Origin: Acholeplasmataceae bacterium
GTDB lineage: Bacteria; Bacillota_I; Bacilli_A; Acholeplasmatales; Acholeplasmataceae
Reading direction: 5' to 3'
NCBI GenBank assembly: GCA_963667565.1
Contig: OY763415.1
Location: forward strand, 1,664,001 to 1,728,000
Length of the DNA stretch: 64,000 nucleotides
Shown here: in pieces, positions 62,094 to 64,000 of the stretch
How positions within the stretch are numbered: position 1 is the stretch's first letter
Layout of the letters: every line of letters starts with the position of its first letter
Notes under the pieces: model-generated
What the model was told of the DNA's origin: nothing
Seen by the model: the letters and a program-made list of their open reading frames with translations, nothing else
Databases searched by the model: none
Made by a program: the position numbers and the translations under genes

Positions 62094-62939
62094 ATGAAAG
62101 TAGCTGTTTTACTTGATTTAGATAATATCAAAAATGAAAATTCATTAAGTAGAATTTTTGTTGAACTGCCAGCTTTTGGTGAAATAGTATATAAGTATGG
62201 ATTTTATTCAAATTTTAACGATAAGCATATAAAACGAATTTTGCATCAGTATGGAATAGTTCCAATCATGGTTCCATCTTTCAGCAATAGTAAAAGTTGT
62301 GCTGATATTGCGTTAACAATTAAGGCGATGGATTTGTTATCAAATCCACAAATTGATTGTTTTGCAATTATATCAAATGATTCAGATTTTATTTTGCTTT
62401 CTTCAAGAATAAGAGAAGACAATAGAAAAACAATTATAGTCACAGATAAAGAAACAATAGACAGAAATAAGTATCGTTTTTTTGATAACGCTATTGATAT
62501 TTATAATTTATTAAACACATCTGCTATTGGTGAAAATAATTTAGTTTCAAAACAAGAATTGACTGTAATTGAAGGAGAAAGGGATGAAATGACTGATAAA
62601 GTTGAAGAAATTATAGCGAATACAGAAAATATTGAATTGGATAAAGTTAAATATATAGATTATTCAAATGAAAACGATGATATTATTGATCTACTTAACA
62701 GAATTAAAATTGCATGTCAAAATATTGCAATCGAAAATGATTTTGTACGTTTGAGTATGTTAGTTGAATATCTTAATAAAAATGGGAATAAATTTAATCC
62801 CAAAGAATATGGTCATAGTAATCGTCGAGCTAAAGATTTTTTTGAAAAAAAACTAGGAAAATATTTCGAGATTAAAATAAGTAAATCAACAGCATTTATC
62901 AAGTTTAAGGAGGATGAAAGTAATGGCACAAGTAAGTAA
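62094..62939 (+). CDS. NYN (LabA/DUF88 PIN-like) RNase with C-terminal OST-HTH/LOTUS domain
   Basis: VLLDLDN, KSCADIALTIKAMD and ISNDSDF motifs; C-terminal FNPKEYG. Confidence 0.88.
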   Translation: MKVAVLLDLDNIKNENSLSRIFVELPAFGEIVYKYGFYSNFNDKHIKRILHQYGIVPIMVPSFSNSKSCADIALTIKAMDLLSNPQIDCFAIISNDSDFILLSSRIREDNRKTIIVTDKETIDRNKYRFFDNAIDIYNLLNTSAIGENNLVSKQELTVIEGERDEMTDKVEEIIANTENIELDKVKYIDYSNENDDIIDLLNRIKIACQNIAIENDFVRLSMLVEYLNKNGNKFNPKEYGHSNRRAKDFFEKKLGKYFEIKISKSTAFIKFKEDESNGTSK

Positions 62940-63345
62940 AAAACTAGCTATGCGATTATGGAAAGATATATTTGGAACAAATTTATGGGCTACAGATTGT
63001 TTTGGAACTTGGATGTATCGAGATGATTATGGAGATGTAAATACTGTGAGAATTAGACCAAATGGCAATGGAAAATATTTTAATTATGGTTGGAATATAG
63101 ATCATATTTTTCCACTGGATAGAAATGGGAAAGATGCAATGAACAACTATGAACCTATGCATCACATAAACAATAAAATCAAATCAAACAATCTTAATTT
63201 TAAAATTGACGAAGTTCCATTTCAAGTCGTTAAGTGTGAAATTTGTGGATCTCATGGTCTCTATGGTAAAGGAATAATAAATCAACATACTGGACAAAGA
63301 GTGGACTGGAAAGGCGTGCAAAAAAGATATTACATTTCAAATTAG
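62923..63345 (+). CDS. HNH endonuclease
   Basis: GWNIDHIFP..RNG.D..NNYEPMH..NN..K; overlaps the NYN gene. Confidence 0.8.
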   Translation: MAQVSKKLAMRLWKDIFGTNLWATDCFGTWMYRDDYGDVNTVRIRPNGNGKYFNYGWNIDHIFPLDRNGKDAMNNYEPMHHINNKIKSNNLNFKIDEVPFQVVKCEICGSHGLYGKGIINQHTGQRVDWKGVQKRYYISN

Positions 63346-63532
63346 AATATTAATCATATAATAAGTGTTTTTATAAATCATTTAATTAAAAAATAAAGGA
63401 TTATGCAATAATTTTGGTTGATGAATTTGTATAATCGTTTGAATATAATTTGGATATGAATCTATCCAGCAAGCATTTATGAAGTGTCAGTAATAGATAA
63501 TGAAGTGAATTTTTTATAAATATATTAAAATG

Positions 63533-63557
63533 AGTCTATTTGATGATAGACTTTTTT
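63533..63557 (+). terminator. Probable intrinsic terminator
   Basis: AGTCTAT-TTGATG-ATAGACT-TTTTT. Confidence 0.6.
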
Positions 63558-63618
63558 AATGTCTATAATTCAATATATGAACTATTCTATGTTATAATCA
63601 CTTGGAAAAGGTGAGTAC

Positions 63619-64000
63619 ATGAATAACAAAACAAAAGGGATTATCGCAATCATGATCGCTGCTTTAGGGTTTGCTCTGATGAGTTTATTTGTTAAATTTA
63701 CCTCTAGCGATATTCCATCTACACAAAAAGTATTATTTCGTAATGCAATCAGTTTAATCATTTCACTTTCATTAGTGATTAAACATAAATCTTCATTTTA
63801 TGGATCTTTAAAACATCAACCACTCTTACTCTTAAGAAGTGCATTTGGTACCATAGGTATGTTGCTATTTTTTTACTCTATAGACAAACTGCCATTAGGT
63901 GATGCGAATATGCTTAATAAGTTAAGCACATTCTTTTTAATCATCTTTAGTGCCTTATTTCTAAAAGAAAAAGTAAAACCATATCAAATACTTATGATTA
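63619..64000 (+). CDS. DMT/EamA family transporter, 3'-truncated by window edge
   Basis: ATG 63619 after AAGGTGA; MNNKTKGIIAIMIAALGFALMSLFVK...LFRN...LRSAFG...LPLGDANMLNKLSTFF...LFLKEK, open to the window end. Confidence 0.85.
   Translation, partial: MNNKTKGIIAIMIAALGFALMSLFVKFTSSDIPSTQKVLFRNAISLIISLSLVIKHKSSFYGSLKHQPLLLLRSAFGTIGMLLFFYSIDKLPLGDANMLNKLSTFFLIIFSALFLKEKVKPYQILMI

Noticed and set aside
3295..63165. Short antisense or nested ORFs in the ORF track (e.g. 3295-3495, 19486-19800, 22778-23035, 36131-36397, 54897-55163, 62983-63165)
   Set aside because: They lie within or opposite well-supported genes, lack recognisable motifs, and are expected by chance.

Overview
AT-rich bacterial chromosomal window using the standard code (TGA = stop, TGG = Trp). 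The InlB-B-repeat/RCC1 lipoproteins and overall gene content suggest an Acholeplasmatales/Izemoplasma-like Bacillota; this is inference. 1-22 kb is mostly housekeeping and accessory: transporters, two toxin-antitoxin pairs (AbiEi/AbiEii and HTH-MNT/HEPN), a GGDEF protein, and a minimal SufCB (SMS-type) Fe-S pair divergent from a feoA/split-feoB/Fur-like operon. From ~22.06 kb, after a degenerate tRNA/tmRNA 3'-end remnant, the window is dominated by defence genes. These are a type I R-M locus with two hsdS copies and a tyrosine recombinase, a PD-(D/E)xK protein, an SF2 helicase-nuclease, a sacsin/NOV-type ATPase-nuclease, a prokaryotic viperin operon with an SF1 helicase, a resolvase-linked DpnII system, a GmrSD-like protein, a PLD/DpnI-winged-helix fusion, and NYN and HNH nucleases. 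Most notable observations: (1) a direct-repeat hsdS shuffling locus whose three repeat pairs share one palindromic core, (C/T)AAAT-N4-ATTTG, each pair with its own spacer; (2) a promoter-hairpin-terminator non-coding element present three times upstream of unrelated genes, two of them defence-type; (3) a tandem-promoter/antisense structured RNA region upstream of the viperin operon; (4) an apparently catalytically dead m6A-GATC reader next to a GATC methylation system.
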